64,000 nt of DNA from Octopus bimaculoides (lineage: Eukaryota). Shown piece after piece: positions 1-12,500 of this stretch; the first letter of the stretch is position 1, and each line of letters begins with the position of its first letter. The stretch covers positions 13,336,958 through 13,400,957 of the forward strand of contig NC_068986.1 in the NCBI RefSeq assembly GCF_001194135.2, in the 5' to 3' direction. Position numbers and translations under genes: made by a program. The notes beneath the pieces are model-generated. The model was given only the letters and a program-made list of their open reading frames with translations, was not told where the DNA came from and searched no databases.

Positions 1-125
1 TGGAGAGTTATTAATGTAGAAATATGGTATCGTAGCTACTAACAGTTGAGGGTTGCGTAGTCTAGACGGCGTTTTTAGATTTCATTATTCTCTTTAACCC
101 GGGCAAAGCCGGGTATTTCTGCTAG
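1..125 (+). mobile_element. Helitron 3' terminus (5' part outside window)
   Basis: GC-rich hairpin acccgg-gcaaag-ccgggt at 97-114, then CTAG at 122-125 followed by T: the canonical Helitron 3' end arrangement. Confidence 0.7.
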
Positions 126-139
<14 letters not shown>

Positions 140-156
<17 letters not shown>

Positions 157-405
157 TGCCACCTGTAACTGGCTCCTGTGCCGGTGGCATGTAAAAAGCA
201 CCATCCAAGCGTGGTCAATGCCGGTACCACCTGGGTGGCACATAAAAACACCCATTACACTCACGGAGTGGTTGGCATTAGGAAGGGCATCCAGCTGTAG
301 AAATCTTGCCAGATCAGATTGGAGCTTGCAAGTCCTCAGTCAAACCGTCCAACCCATGCCAGCATGGAAAGCAGACATTAAACAATGATGATGGTGAGGA
401 GGATA
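140..405 (+). mobile_element. RTE-LINE 3' UTR fragment with (GAT)n tail (family C)
   Basis: ggcacgtaaaaagcacc...ggaagggcatccagctgtagaaa...aacccatgccagcatggaaagc.gac.ttaaac-(gat)n; the same sequence follows the RTE ORF remnant at 20307-21090. About 20 further copies, e.g. 800-1030(-), 23590-23880(-), 34230-34505(-), 39345-39625(+), 57215-57620(-). Confidence 0.8.
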
Positions 406-1770
406 TAGGCTTGTGAGGGGACCTGATAGATGGAAGCTGAAAGAAGACTGTCATACGTATGTCTGTATCTTCTTGTCATGACATCATGTGATAGCTGCAA
501 ATGATTGTCACTATCATACAAGCAGTGTCATTTACTTCCAAATATTTGGGAATGAGTAACGCAGTGTTGGCAAAATCATTATCATGCAGGCCAGAATGCT
601 TAGCTNNNNNNNNNNTGGCAAAATCATTATCATGCAGGCCAGAATGCTTAGCTGCATTTCATCCATCTTTATGTTCTGAGTTCAAATTCCACTGAGGTCA
701 ACTTTGCCTTTCATCTTTACGGGGTTAATAAAATAAGCACCAGCTGAGCACTGGGGGTTGATGTAATCAATTAGTCCCATCATCATCATCATCATTATCA
801 TCATCGTTTAACGTCCGTTTTTCATGCTGGCATGGGTTGGATGGTTTGACTGGGGACTGGCAAGCTAGGAGGCCACACCAGGCTCCAGTCTGATCTGGCA
901 ATGTTTCTACAGCTGGATGCCTTTCCTAATGCCAACCACTCCGAGAGTGTAGTGGGTGCTTTTTATGTGTCACCGACACAGGAGCCAGTCAAGCAGCACT
1001 GGCATCGGCCACATTCAGATGGTGATTTTTACATGCTACTGGCACCAAAATTTCAGGCCTTGTGCCTATAGCAGAAAGGAATATTTTGGAATGCATATAA
1101 GGGTTCAAAAATAAAATAAAATAAAATAAAGTAAAAAACAGTAATAGAATTGTTTCTAATTCCAGCAAAAGGCCAGCAGTTTTGAAGGGTGGGCTTAGTG
1201 AAATACATTGATTCCCGATTTGACTTGTGCATTCTATTGCTTCTCCTGTAGAGAGATGACAGGCAAAGTTGACCATAGCAGGATTTGATCCCAGTGCTGA
1301 AAATGCTTTAAAGAATACTGCAAAGCATTTTGTCTGAAGCTCTAATGGTTCTGCCACTGCAACACCCTTCTTGCAATGGTTGTGCTAATTATATAATTGC
1401 CATTATGGGTATTTTGGGTTAATACAAAAATATCAAGATTTACAAATAAAAGATATATACATACATATAATGGATTTTATGTCGAGAGTTCCGGTAATTA
1501 TGGACTGTGAGTAAATGAATAATAAACTATTTATGTACCTCGTTAAATAAGGAAAGCTGATCAGATTGAAAAACTGGAATTGTTCTTTGAATAGAACTTC
1601 CTATTTTTGTCAAAGATGTCTTTCATTTCTATTGTAACCATTTCTATTTTCAACACTCATACAAATACTTGTGTGTGTATGTGTGTGTGTGTATGTGCCT
1701 GAGTGTGTTTCTTGAAGCCTTGGCCTCATAAGACTGGTTAATTAGTTCCCATAATGTATAAGTGATTGAA

Positions 1771-2092
1771 GTGAAGGCCTGTGGCTAAGTGGTTAGGGCA
1801 TTTGGCTCATGATCATAAGGTTGTGAGTTTGATTTTCAATGGCACATTATGTCCTTGAGCAAGACACTCTATTTCATGTTGCTCCAATCCATTCAGCTGG
1901 CAAAAATGAGTTGCACCTGTATTTCAAAGGGCCAGCCTTATCACACTATGTGTCATGCTGAATCTCTCCAAGATCTACATTAAGGGTACGCATGTCTGTG
2001 GGGTACTCAACCACTTGCATGGTAATTTCACAAGCAGGCTGTTCCATTGATCGTATCAGCTGGGACCCTCGTTGTGATAACCAACAGAGCGT
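1771..2092 (+). mobile_element. tRNA-headed SINE family E, tail type 1
   Basis: gtggctaagtggttagggc...gagtttgatt, core cttgagcaagacact.tatttca.gttgctcca.tcca.tcagctggcaaaaatgagt. Same type at 55075-55410(-), 58128-58445(+) and partially at 63720-63830. Confidence 0.8.
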
Positions 2093-2354
2093 TGGTAAAG
2101 TGACCAAAATCACGACATTTCTTCAGAACAGGATGCTGGTCCATTGCAGAGTTCAAGGCCAGTGGTTTTGAGGAAAGGGGACAAGATGCTAACATCAATC
2201 CAAGTACTTGACTGGTACTTTATTTTCTCAACCCCAAAGGAATGAAGAGCAAAGTTGACCTCTGTGAGTTGAAACCCAGAATGAATATAGAAAGCCAAAA
2301 GAAATGTCACTGAGCATTTTGTCTGACATGAAAATAATTCTGCCAGTTTGTCAC

Positions 2355-2409
<55 letters not shown>

Positions 2410-2455
2410 NNNNNNNNNNNNNNNNNNNNNNNNNNNNNNNNNNNNNNNNNNNNNN

Positions 2456-2492
<37 letters not shown>

Positions 2493-2539
2493 ACATGCAC
2501 ACATACATACTGTTTGGTTTTGCTCTGAAATTTACTGAC

Positions 2540-2977
2540 TTAGTCAAAACAGTTACTAATTATACTGGGTTGTCCGGAAAGTTTGTGCTGATTTTCCAAA
2601 AGGTTCTCCTCACTCAACTCATGTGGTACCCAAACATCATAGTGATTTGTGTACCCAAGCTTTACCAGGTGCTCATAAACGACGGATTTTGATAGGTTGA
2701 GGCTTTCTGCCAATTCTCGGGTTGTGCAATGTGGATTATTCTCAATTAATGACTTGATTTGGCCATCATCTGTAGTGGATGGTATGCCTGATCGCTCTTT
2801 ATCAATAAGGCTACAATCTCCAGCTTGGAACCTTCTGAACCACTTCCGTACAGTTCTTTCGGATAAAGAAACATCACCGTAAACTGTGCATATTTCTTTG
2901 GTTGCTTGTGAGGCATTTTTCCCTTTACGGAAAAAGAAAAGCATCAAGTGCCACAAATGAACTTTGTTATCTTCCAT
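2540..2977 (-). CDS. Truncated mariner transposase: N-terminal HTH DNA-binding region through WVPHEL, catalytic DD34D domain deleted; ORF reads through the TIR
   Basis: MEDNKVHLWHLMLFFFRKGKNASQATKEIC...ERSG.P...TTRELAESL...WVPHELSEENLL resembles mellifera-type mariner transposases. The following ENQHKLSGQP is translated TIR sequence. Confidence 0.85.
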   Translation of the reverse strand: MEDNKVHLWHLMLFFFRKGKNASQATKEICTVYGDVSLSERTVRKWFRRFQAGDCSLIDKERSGIPSTTDDGQIKSLIENNPHCTTRELAESLNLSKSVVYEHLVKLGYTNHYDVWVPHELSEENLLENQHKLSGQPSIISNCFD

Positions 2978-3159
2978 TTTAAAGAGTTACAGAATTAACA
3001 TAGGTTATAGGAACATAAACCTTCTTCCACAAAAAGATAGCTTAAACTGTGCTCTAAATGGAGCTGTAGTCAAATCCTATTTTATGGACTCATCCATGTT
3101 CTAAAATAAGTCGAAAGGTAAGCTACTATAAATCGGCACGAACTTTCCGGACAACCCAA
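2565..3159 (-). mobile_element. Internally deleted mariner (Tc1/mariner) element, 595 bp
   Basis: About 28-bp TIRs (ctgggttgtccggaaagtttgtgctgattt vs reverse complement ttgggttgtccggaaagttcgtgccgattt), flanking TA dinucleotides at 2563-64 and 3160-61, and a transposase N-terminus inside. Confidence 0.95.
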
Positions 3160-4727
3160 TATTAATTATAATTAGTTGTTCATTTGATGTAGTTCTGCTA
3201 TTTTTATATAACAATGACAATCAAGACAAAGCACCAATGCCAACAAAGCTGTCTTTAGAAATCTATTCTTAAAGGTTTCCACGCAGCTAACCTTCAACTA
3301 TTCATGCTACAATACAAATGTTCTCTAAACTCCTTCCCATAGAATTGCTAGCCTTCTGCCAAAATTTTCATGTATTCTTCTGAATTACACATTGATACCC
3401 TTTGCTATATCCTTATTGTTGCTGTTACCCTTTTTAACTGTGCTGTATTTTTTTTATGTAGTCCTCAATGTCTTGGACCCTTGTGGTCAACGAAAGGAAT
3501 AATTGTTATTGTTATTATTTTTGTTAAGAGAAGGCAGAGAGCTGGCAGAATTGTTAACATGCCAGACAAAATTCTTAGTGGTATTTCATCTGTCTTTACG
3601 TTCTGAGTTCAAATTCTGCGAAGGTCAACTTTGCCTTTCATCCTTTCAGGGTCGATAAATTAAGTATCAATGAGACACTGGGGCCGATGTAATCGACTAG
3701 TCCCCTCCCCCAATTTTCAGGCCTTGTGCCTATAATAGAAAGGATTATTATTCTTCTTATTAAATGAAAGAGGTGAGCTGGCAGAATCGTTAGCACGCTG
3801 GGTGAAATGCTTAGTGGATTTTGGTCTGACTTTGCGTTCTGAGTTCAAATTCTGCCGTAGTCGATTTTTGCCTTTCATCCTTTTGGGGTCGATAAATTAA
3901 GTACCAGTTGCGTGCTGGGGTCGATCTAATCGACTGGACCCCTCCCACCAAGATTCAGGCTTTGTGCTTATAGTAGAAAGGATTATTATTTTTATTCAGT
4001 CATCAAGCTGGCAGAATCATTATCGTGCCAGACAAGATGTTTAGGGGGCATTTCTTCCAGTTTTACGTTCCAAGTTCAAATTCTGCCAAGGCCAGCTTTG
4101 CTTTTCATCCTTTCAAGGTCGATGACAGAAATATCTTTTGAACACTGGGGTCATTGTAATTGACTCATCCAGCTGTAGAAACATTGCCAGATCGGATTGG
4201 AGCCTGGTACAGCCTTCTGGCTTGCCAGTCCTCAGTCAAACTGTCCAACCCATGCCAGCATGGAAAGCAGACGTTATACGATGATGATGATGATAATGAT
4301 GACACTGAAAAATTGACATGCGCATAAAACAGTGAATTAGCCAGAGGACCACACTTACAGTATTTATTGTTTTTCTGTTATCTTTCATTTGTTTTAGTCA
4401 TTAGACTGTGGCCATGCTGGAACACCACCACGAAGAATTTTTAGTCATATGAATCAACCCCAGTATTCAGTTCTATTTTAAGCCTGTTACTTATTCTATC
4501 AGTCTCTTTTGCTGCNNNNNNNNNNNNNNNNNNNNNNNNNNNNNNNNNNNNNNNNNNNNNNNNNNNNNNNNNNNNNNNNNNNNNNNNNNNNNNNNNNNNN
4601 NNNNNNNNNNNNNNNNNNNNNNNNNNNNNNNNNNNNNNNNNNNNNNNNNNNNNNNNNNNNNNNNNNNNNNNNNNNNNNNNNNNNNNNNNNNNNCACCACC
4701 ACCACCACCACCACCACCACCACCACC

Positions 4728-4766
<39 letters not shown>

Positions 4767-4958
4767 CATGTACAAAAATAAAAATCAGTTTGTGTAAGTT
4801 AATTTCACTCCAATGTATTGCCAATCCCAAATCAATAGGCCAGTCTGTCAGTCTGTGATCGTCTCAATGTCTCAGTGACACACGATGCTGCTCTGCTGTT
4901 ACAGTTTCATGTTTTCACTCGGCTTCCATTTCGTGTATCACTCTTCTAAACTAATATC

Positions 4959-4972
4959 GTTGCCATAGAAAC
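4959..4972. promoter_or_regulatory. RFX X-box-like motif in a CpG-enriched unique island
   Basis: gttgccatagaaac; 8 CpGs in about 4860-5030. Confidence 0.45.
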
Positions 4973-5184
4973 TACGAGGCCAAACACTAACGCAGCTGCT
5001 GATAAATGCACTTTTACTAAACACCCCGGATAATCTGAGTCCCTCTCTTCCTTCTCTCTCTTTCTCTTCCCGCTCTCCTCCCTCTCTTACTCACTCTTCC
5101 CTCTCTCTCTCACCCTTCCCCTCTGAACCCTCTTTCTGCTTGTCTATCTCTCTTTCTCTTCTCTCTCTCACTCTTCCCTCTGCT

Positions 5185-5215
<31 letters not shown>

Positions 5216-7560
5216 GATCTCGCTCTCACTCTTCCCTCTCTCTCTCTCTCACCCATCCCCCTCTTANNNNNNNNNNNNNNNNNNNNNNNNNNNNNNNNNN
5301 NNNNNNNNNNNNNNNNNNNNNNNNNNNNNNNNNNNNNNNNNNNNNNNNNNNNNNNNNNNNNNNNNNNNNNNNNNNNNNNNNNNNNNNNNNNNNNNNNNNN
5401 NNNNNNNNNNNNNNNNNNNNNNNNNNNNNNNNNNNNNNNNNNNNNNNNNNNNNNNNNNNNNNNNNNNNNNNNNNNNNNNNNNNNNNNNNNNNNNNNNNNN
5501 NNNNNNNNNNNNNNNNNNNNNNNNNNNNNNNNNNNNNNNNNNNNNNNNNNNNNNNNNNNNNNNNNNNNNNNNNNNNNNNNNNNNNNNNNNNNNNNNNNCC
5601 ATCTTATTTATATCAGAGTCAGTATTGTTTAACATCTCCTTTATTTAAAGGAGCTGGGTGTGATTTGAGGAAATTGCAGGTCAAGTGACTATGTCGAGGG
5701 TTTATCAGTAGATCAAGGTTTCTCAACCAGCTAGAAACAGCAACTAAATCCCTCTCTAAATCACCTCTTCCCATCTAAACAAAAAAATAGAAAGGAGGCA
5801 TTAGATAATACAACCCGAAATATTCCTTAAAGGACTGGATCATAATAATAATAATAATAATAATGGTGATGATGATGATGATGATGTGACAATAGACACG
5901 GAAGTATGGTGCAGTCTTCTGTCTGGCCAGCTCCTGTCAAACCGTTCAACCCATGCCAGCATGGAAGGAGGACGTTAAATGATGGTGATGATGATGACGA
6001 TGATGATCCTTTCTACTGGAGGCACAAGGCCTCTAATTTTTGGGAAGGGGACTAGTCGATCACATCAACCCCAGCATTTCACTGGTACTTAATTTATCGC
6101 GCCCGAAAGGATGAAAGGCAAAGTCAACCTTGGCAGAATTTGAACTCAGAATGTAATGATGGGCGAAATGCCGCTAAGCATTTTGCCTGGCGTGCCAACG
6201 GTTCTGCCAGCTCGCTGCCTTATGATGATGATGATGATGATGATGATGATAATAATAATGATAATCCTTTCTGCTATTAACGTAAGACCTGGAATTTTGG
6301 AGTAGGGAATGAGTCAATTACAATGATCCCAGTTGGATGCCCTTCCTAAAGCCAACCACTCTGAGAGTATAGTGGGTGCTTTTTACATGCTGCTGGCACA
6401 AGGGCCAGTCAGGCGATACTGGCATTGATCACACTTGGATGGTGTTTTTTATGTGCCACCGGCACAGGAGCTAGTCAGGCAGTGCTGGCAACGTGTGGGT
6501 GGATATACTGCATACATATTATATCTGATGACATAAAAGATGCTGGGTATATCAAATGCACCCCAATTTTTATGGGAGACCCATCTTCACCTATAGGACC
6601 CGGGTTCATATTTGTGGGACCTTTCTTTTTTTTTTAAGTCTTCTATGCCATTAGATACAGTTTATTTTACACATTCTGACACAAGTGCATAAACAAGCAC
6701 AAAAATAAGTGGATATCAGTTGGTTACAACAGTTGTTCCCGAACATTTTTGGGCTGCCGCCCCCTGAACACCGAAGCCACATTTCTAGCACCTCCACCCC
6801 AACTAACCATCACAAACACAGACCTCTTTCTGAAGCAAATTCAAAGCAACTGTACTTCACAAATAAAACTTAACCTAATGAAACCATTTTTTTCTTTTTA
6901 CATGAATCACTACCCCATCATTGCCCCACTTTTACATGAATTGCTTCCCCATTGTCGTTCCACTTTTCTNNNNNNNNNNNNNNNNNNNNNNNNNNNNNNN
7001 NNNNNNNNNNNNNNNNNNNNNNNNNNNNNNNNNNNNNNNNNNNNNNNNNNNNNNNNNNNNNNNNNNNNNNNNNNNNNNNNNNNNNNNNNNNNNNNNNNNN
7101 NNNNNNNNNNNNNNNNNNNNNNNNNNNNNNNNNNNNNNNNNNNNNNNNNNNNNNNNNNNNNNNNNNNNNNNNNNNNNNNNNNNNNNNNNNNNNNNNNNNN
7201 NNNNNNNNNNNNNNNNNNNNNNNNNNNNNNNNNNNNNNNNNNNNNNNNNNNNNNNNNNNNNNNNNNNNNNNNNNNNNNNNNNNNNNNNNNNNNNNNNNNN
7301 NNNNNNNNNNNNNNNNNNNNNNNNNNNNNNNNNNNATATTTTTATAACTAAAAATAATTAGTAATCATATTAAAAAAATTGTAAAAATATTTTGTGTATT
7401 GTAGAAGCATAAGCAGTTTATTGCGGATAAATTTTAACAACAAAATCTTATATAGACCCTCACCCAAGGGCCACATTGACTTGCAAGAGCCACATGGACC
7501 CGCAAGGGCCACATGGACCCGCAAGGGCCATATGAACCCAGTTGAGAACCATTGAGTTAA

Positions 7561-7840
7561 GATCTAAGTGGCTGAGTATCAACATAATCCTCAAGCAGTG
7601 TGAGCAAGACGTAGTGTTTGACAAGAAGTCAGACCTTTGAATTGCAGGTACAATCCATCCTGCAGGCTTCCATGCAGTTTCCATCTAATAAGCTTCACTT
7701 AGAAAACTTGGATCGAACCAAAGCCATGGAAGTGAACACAGGACCTCTTGACTGCAAAAGAGAATTCCCTAACTATTCAACCATGCTGCATTCAACAGGC
7801 TCTCTACTGCAGTCTGTCTGTGTCTCTGGTTCATTCCCTT
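7561..7840 (-). mobile_element. tRNA-headed SINE-like element, inverted partner of 9270-9515
   Basis: Reverse complement of 9270-9515 over about 250 bp, including shared flank ctcagccac.tagat. Confidence 0.7.
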
Positions 7841-9269
7841 CTCTTCTGCCATATCCTGTGACAGCAGGGTAGACTAGAAGCAACCTTCTATGAGTCATAT
7901 CTACAACCAGTTACTATTTCCAGCAAAGTCATTATTCTTCGTTTATGCTTAGTCATTAACTTGTACAAGGAAAGCCTTCATCAACAGGTCTTCTCTAAAA
8001 TACATTACACAAACAACACAAAGTTTTTGTTGATGTCCTAATAACCCGAAGGGGTATGAGATATAAGCTTGCACTTTAAAACGTTTATCTGATGATCCTT
8101 TTTGGAAAACACAAAAGCTATTAAATGCAACGGTTATGTAACCACATATGCAGCAGTCAGACACACAGCACCTTTTCTTTACATTTTCCTTTTGTATTCA
8201 AATCATCACCATCATCGTTTAACGTCCGCTTTCCATGCTAGCATGGAAAGCGGACGTTAAACGATGATGATGATGATGATGATGAAACATTTTCATTACA
8301 AAGACCATTGGTGGCTGTTGCCAGTGCCGCCTGACTGGCCTTCGTGCAGGTGACACGAAGAAGAATTTTACATCCTTTATCAAATATGTAGTTTCCGTCT
8401 TAATAAAGGCACAGGCATGGCTGAGTGCTTAAGAAGCTCGCTTTGCAACCACATGGATTCAGGTTCAATAGCACTGTGTGGCAACCAATGCCTTCTGGGT
8501 GAATTTGGTAGATAGAAACTGTGTGGAAACCTCTATGTGTGTGTGTTTGCACATGTGTATAACACCCAACAACAAGACTCATTCTAGATTGCATGACATA
8601 TGAAGGGTAATCTGCCTGTCTCTCTATCTATTTATGTCTTCTGTCTGTCAGTCCTAGTACGGCCGCAATCCAATGACTGAAACAAGATATACATACATGC
8701 ATACAGGTTGTGTGCTCACACACACACACACACACACAGAGTTATATATTTTATAGCAGCTACTAATCCTAATTATTTATTATAATATACAAGATCAATA
8801 GCTGCTTCATTGACGGTGATTTTGTTTTGTTTTGTATTTTTTTTTGTTGATAAAATAAGCACTCATCAATTACTCGGGTCAGTCTAATTGACAATCCACC
8901 ATTTCTCCAGAGATCTGTGGCTTTGTGCACATGTTACAAATCAATATTGTAAAAATTAATTGAACTCAGTAAATATATTTTACTATGTCTGAACAGTGGA
9001 TGCCAACAGAGGTACCTCTTGTGTGGAAACATGACTATGTGTTTACCAGATGTGTCAAGTAAACACTACAAGTCAGCAAAGCTGAACAAGGTAGCAAGCT
9101 GCCAGGACCATTAGCCAACTAAGCAAAATGCTTAGCAGCATTTCATCCATCCTCTTGTTCTGAGTTCAAATTCCACCAAGGTCGACTTTGCTTTTTATCA
9201 TTTTAGGGTCGATAAAATAAGTACCAGTTGAGTATTGGGGTTGATGCAAACGACTTACCCTTTTCCTCA

Positions 9270-9515
9270 GACAGACAGCTTAGAGAGCCTGTTGGATGCA
9301 GCATGGTTGAATAGTTAAGGAGTTCTCGTTACAATCAAGAGGTCCTGTGTTCACTTCCATGGCTTTGGTTTGACCCAAGCTTTCTAAGTGAGGCTGATTA
9401 GATGGAAACTGCATGGAAGCCTGCAGGATAGATTGTACTTGTAATTCAAAAGTCTGACTTCTTGTCTTGCTCATTCTGCCTGAGGATAATATTGACACTC
9501 AGCCACATAGATTTT
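9270..9515 (+). mobile_element. tRNA-headed SINE-like element related to family B
   Basis: gcagcatggttgaatagttaagg...ttagatggaaactgcatggaagcc resembles the family B head and body. Confidence 0.7.
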
Positions 9516-12500
9516 AAATCAATGGTTGTCAATTGGAGTTCATGTGACCCTTGGGGTTCCATATAAGAACTGCTGGCCTTATGTGAAAATTTGAAGCCAA
9601 AAAGGTGATGAGCTGGCAGAATTGTTAGCATGCCAGGCAAAATGCTTACAAGCATTTTGTTTGTCTTTCTACATTCCGAGTTCAAATTCCACCTGGGTTG
9701 ATTTTTGCCTTTCATCCTTTCAGGGTCGATAAATTAAGTACCAGTTGTGTACTGGGGTCGATGTCATCGACTTACCCCCTCCTTCAAAATTACCTGGCCT
9801 TGTGCCAAAATTTGAAATCAATATTAGAAGTTTGCAAATGATGACAATATGACCCAAAACCAATAGATCATAAGTGCAGTGAGCAGAACCTACCTGCAAT
9901 CAAAGATGAAATGATCTAAGTGTGAATAGGACATTATTCATTTTGTTACCAATATTGCTACTGAAGGACATTACCTGTATTTCAATTTATCTTGAAAATT
10001 GTGAAGAAATATTGAAATAACTTTGTCAGTGCTAAGCTGAAGTTTTTTTTTCTTTATTTCTTATTTCTTTATTGCCCACAAGGGACTAAACACAGAGGGG
10101 ACAAACAAGGACAGACAAATGGATTCAGTCGATTATATCGACTCCAGTGCGTAACTGGTACTTATTTAATCGACCCCGAAAGGATTGAAAGGCAAAGTCG
10201 ACTTCGGCGGAATTTGAACTCAGAACGTAGCGGCAGATGAAATACTTAATTTCTTTTACTTGTTTCAGTCATAGGACTCTAGTCATACTGGGGCACTACC
10301 TTGAAGGGTTTAGGTGAACAAATCAACCATGGTACTTATTTTTTAGTCTCATATTTATTCTCGCAATCTCTTTTACAGGACTGTAAACAAACCAACACCA
10401 ATTGTCAAGTAGTGGTGGGGGACAAACGCAAGGACAGGCGGTTGAGGGGTCTTGATTTGCAAGTACTTAGTAACCTTACCAGTGCTACTGCCACAAAAAG
10501 AAAGTACCCAGTACACACTGTAAACTGGTTGGTTTTAGGTTGGGCATCAGCTGCAGAGACCAAGCCAAAGAAGACATTGGAACTGAATACAGTCCTCTGG
10601 TTCAACAGTTCTTATGAAACCATCCAAACCGTTCATGCAAGGAAGAAGGGATGATGATTGATGATGATTGATGATGATGAATACACACACACACAGCGTT
10701 ATTAAATCAGTGGAATTGATTCAGAAATATTTCCTGCAACTCTGATTTTCTAAACTATCCTGACAAAAAAAATCAACCTTGATTGATTAAATATTCCACA
10801 AGGGAAACAGTACAAAGCAGAGATTAAGTTATGCAGAAAGCTAAAATATTTCGCTCTATGTTCAACCAATGGATTCAGTTCTTCACAAGCACCATTATCT
10901 CTCAGACAAGTAGAAAAGTTGGAAGAGAAATAGATGAATTAATGTGTACTAAAGTGAACAGGAAAAAAAAAANNNNNNNNNNNNNNNNNNNNNNNNNNNN
11001 NNNNNNNNNNNNNNNNNNNNNNNNNNNNNNNNNNNNNNNNNNNNNNNNNNNNNNNNNNNNNNNNNNNNNNNNNNNNNNNNNNNNNNNNNNNNNNNNNNNN
11101 NNNNNNNNNNNNNNNNNNNNNNNNNNNNNNNNNNNNNNNNNNNNNNNNNNNNNNNNNNNNNNNNNNNNNNNNNNNNNNNNNNNNNNNNNNNNNNNNNNNN
11201 NNNNNAGTACCAGTTGTGTGCTGGGGTCGATCTAATCGACTGCTCCCATCCCCCAAAATTTGGGGCCTTGTGCCTAGAGTAGAAAAAAAGTTTTATTCCG
11301 CCGAGGTTGACTTTGCCTTTCATCCTTTCGGGGTCAATAAATTAAATACCAGTTGCATACTGGGGTTGATCTAATTGACTGGACCCCTTCCCCAAAATTT
11401 TGAGCCTTGTGCCCAAAGTAGAAAAAAATAGTTTTTATTCCACCAGGGTCAACTTTGCCTTTCATCCTTTTGGGGTTGATAAATTAAGTACCAGTTGTGT
11501 GCTGGGGTCGATCTAATCGACTGCTCCCATCCCCCAAAATTTGGGGCCTTGTGCCTAGAGTAGAAAAGATTATTACAAAAGGTCTTAAGATGATTGTAGG
11601 AACTCCACAATGATGGAGAGACAAACACATACACACAAACATATACATACATATATATATATACACAACCGGCTTCATTCAGTTTCTGCCTACCAAATCT
11701 ACTCACAAGGCTTTGGTTGGCCCGAGGCTATAGTAAAAGACGCTTGCCTATGGTGCCACACAGTGGGACTGAACCAGGAACCATGTGGTAGGTAAGCAAG
11801 CTGCTTACCACACAGCCAATGATGGGTTTCTTTCAGTTTCCATCAAACAAGTTTACTCACAAGGCTTTGGTCAATCCAAGGTTATAGTGGAAGACGCTTG
11901 CCCAAGGTGCCATGCAGTGGCACCAAGTAGCTGGCAAGCAAACATCTTACCACACAACCATATCTGGAGAAATAGAGGGGATTCTATGTTTTAGAAGGTG
12001 GTCCTTTCTCAAAAACACGTTGAAAAGTGAGAAAAAAAAAAAAGAAATTCAGTGAGAATGCAAGAGAGGTGGGGGTGTGAATCATGTTAGATTTCTTTAC
12101 TGACACAGATGCAGAGCCAGTTTCAGATACACAGGAATGAATTTATGGTACTAAGTGGAAAGTTGTTGAGCAGTTGGAGGAGTTAGGGTTGAGACTGGGT
12201 ACTTTTCTGAGATGAGAATAGAGTGTAGCTGACAATAGTTTAAAATCAGGTTAAGCAGGCGGGTAGGTGAAGGATGAGGAAGAACTTTAACAGATTAAAA
12301 TCCACCAAATAAATTATTCACCTCTTCCATCGTGAATCTGAAACAAGTATTTTCACATGTAGCCATGCCTTCATTCACATCTTTTTGTCTTTTCCTATCG
12401 TTAAAAATATAGTATTTTATGAATGAGATGACTACTATTAACCTCTCACACACATACATGCATATTCAAACATACACAGATATACATATATAGACAGCAT

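Noticed and set aside
568-653. Exact 38-bp direct repeat
   Set aside because: The copies flank a 10-N gap; a contig-overlap artefact.
11207-11570. Triple tandem SINE fragments
   Set aside because: The first and third are identical and next to a gap; probably partly an assembly or haplotype artefact.
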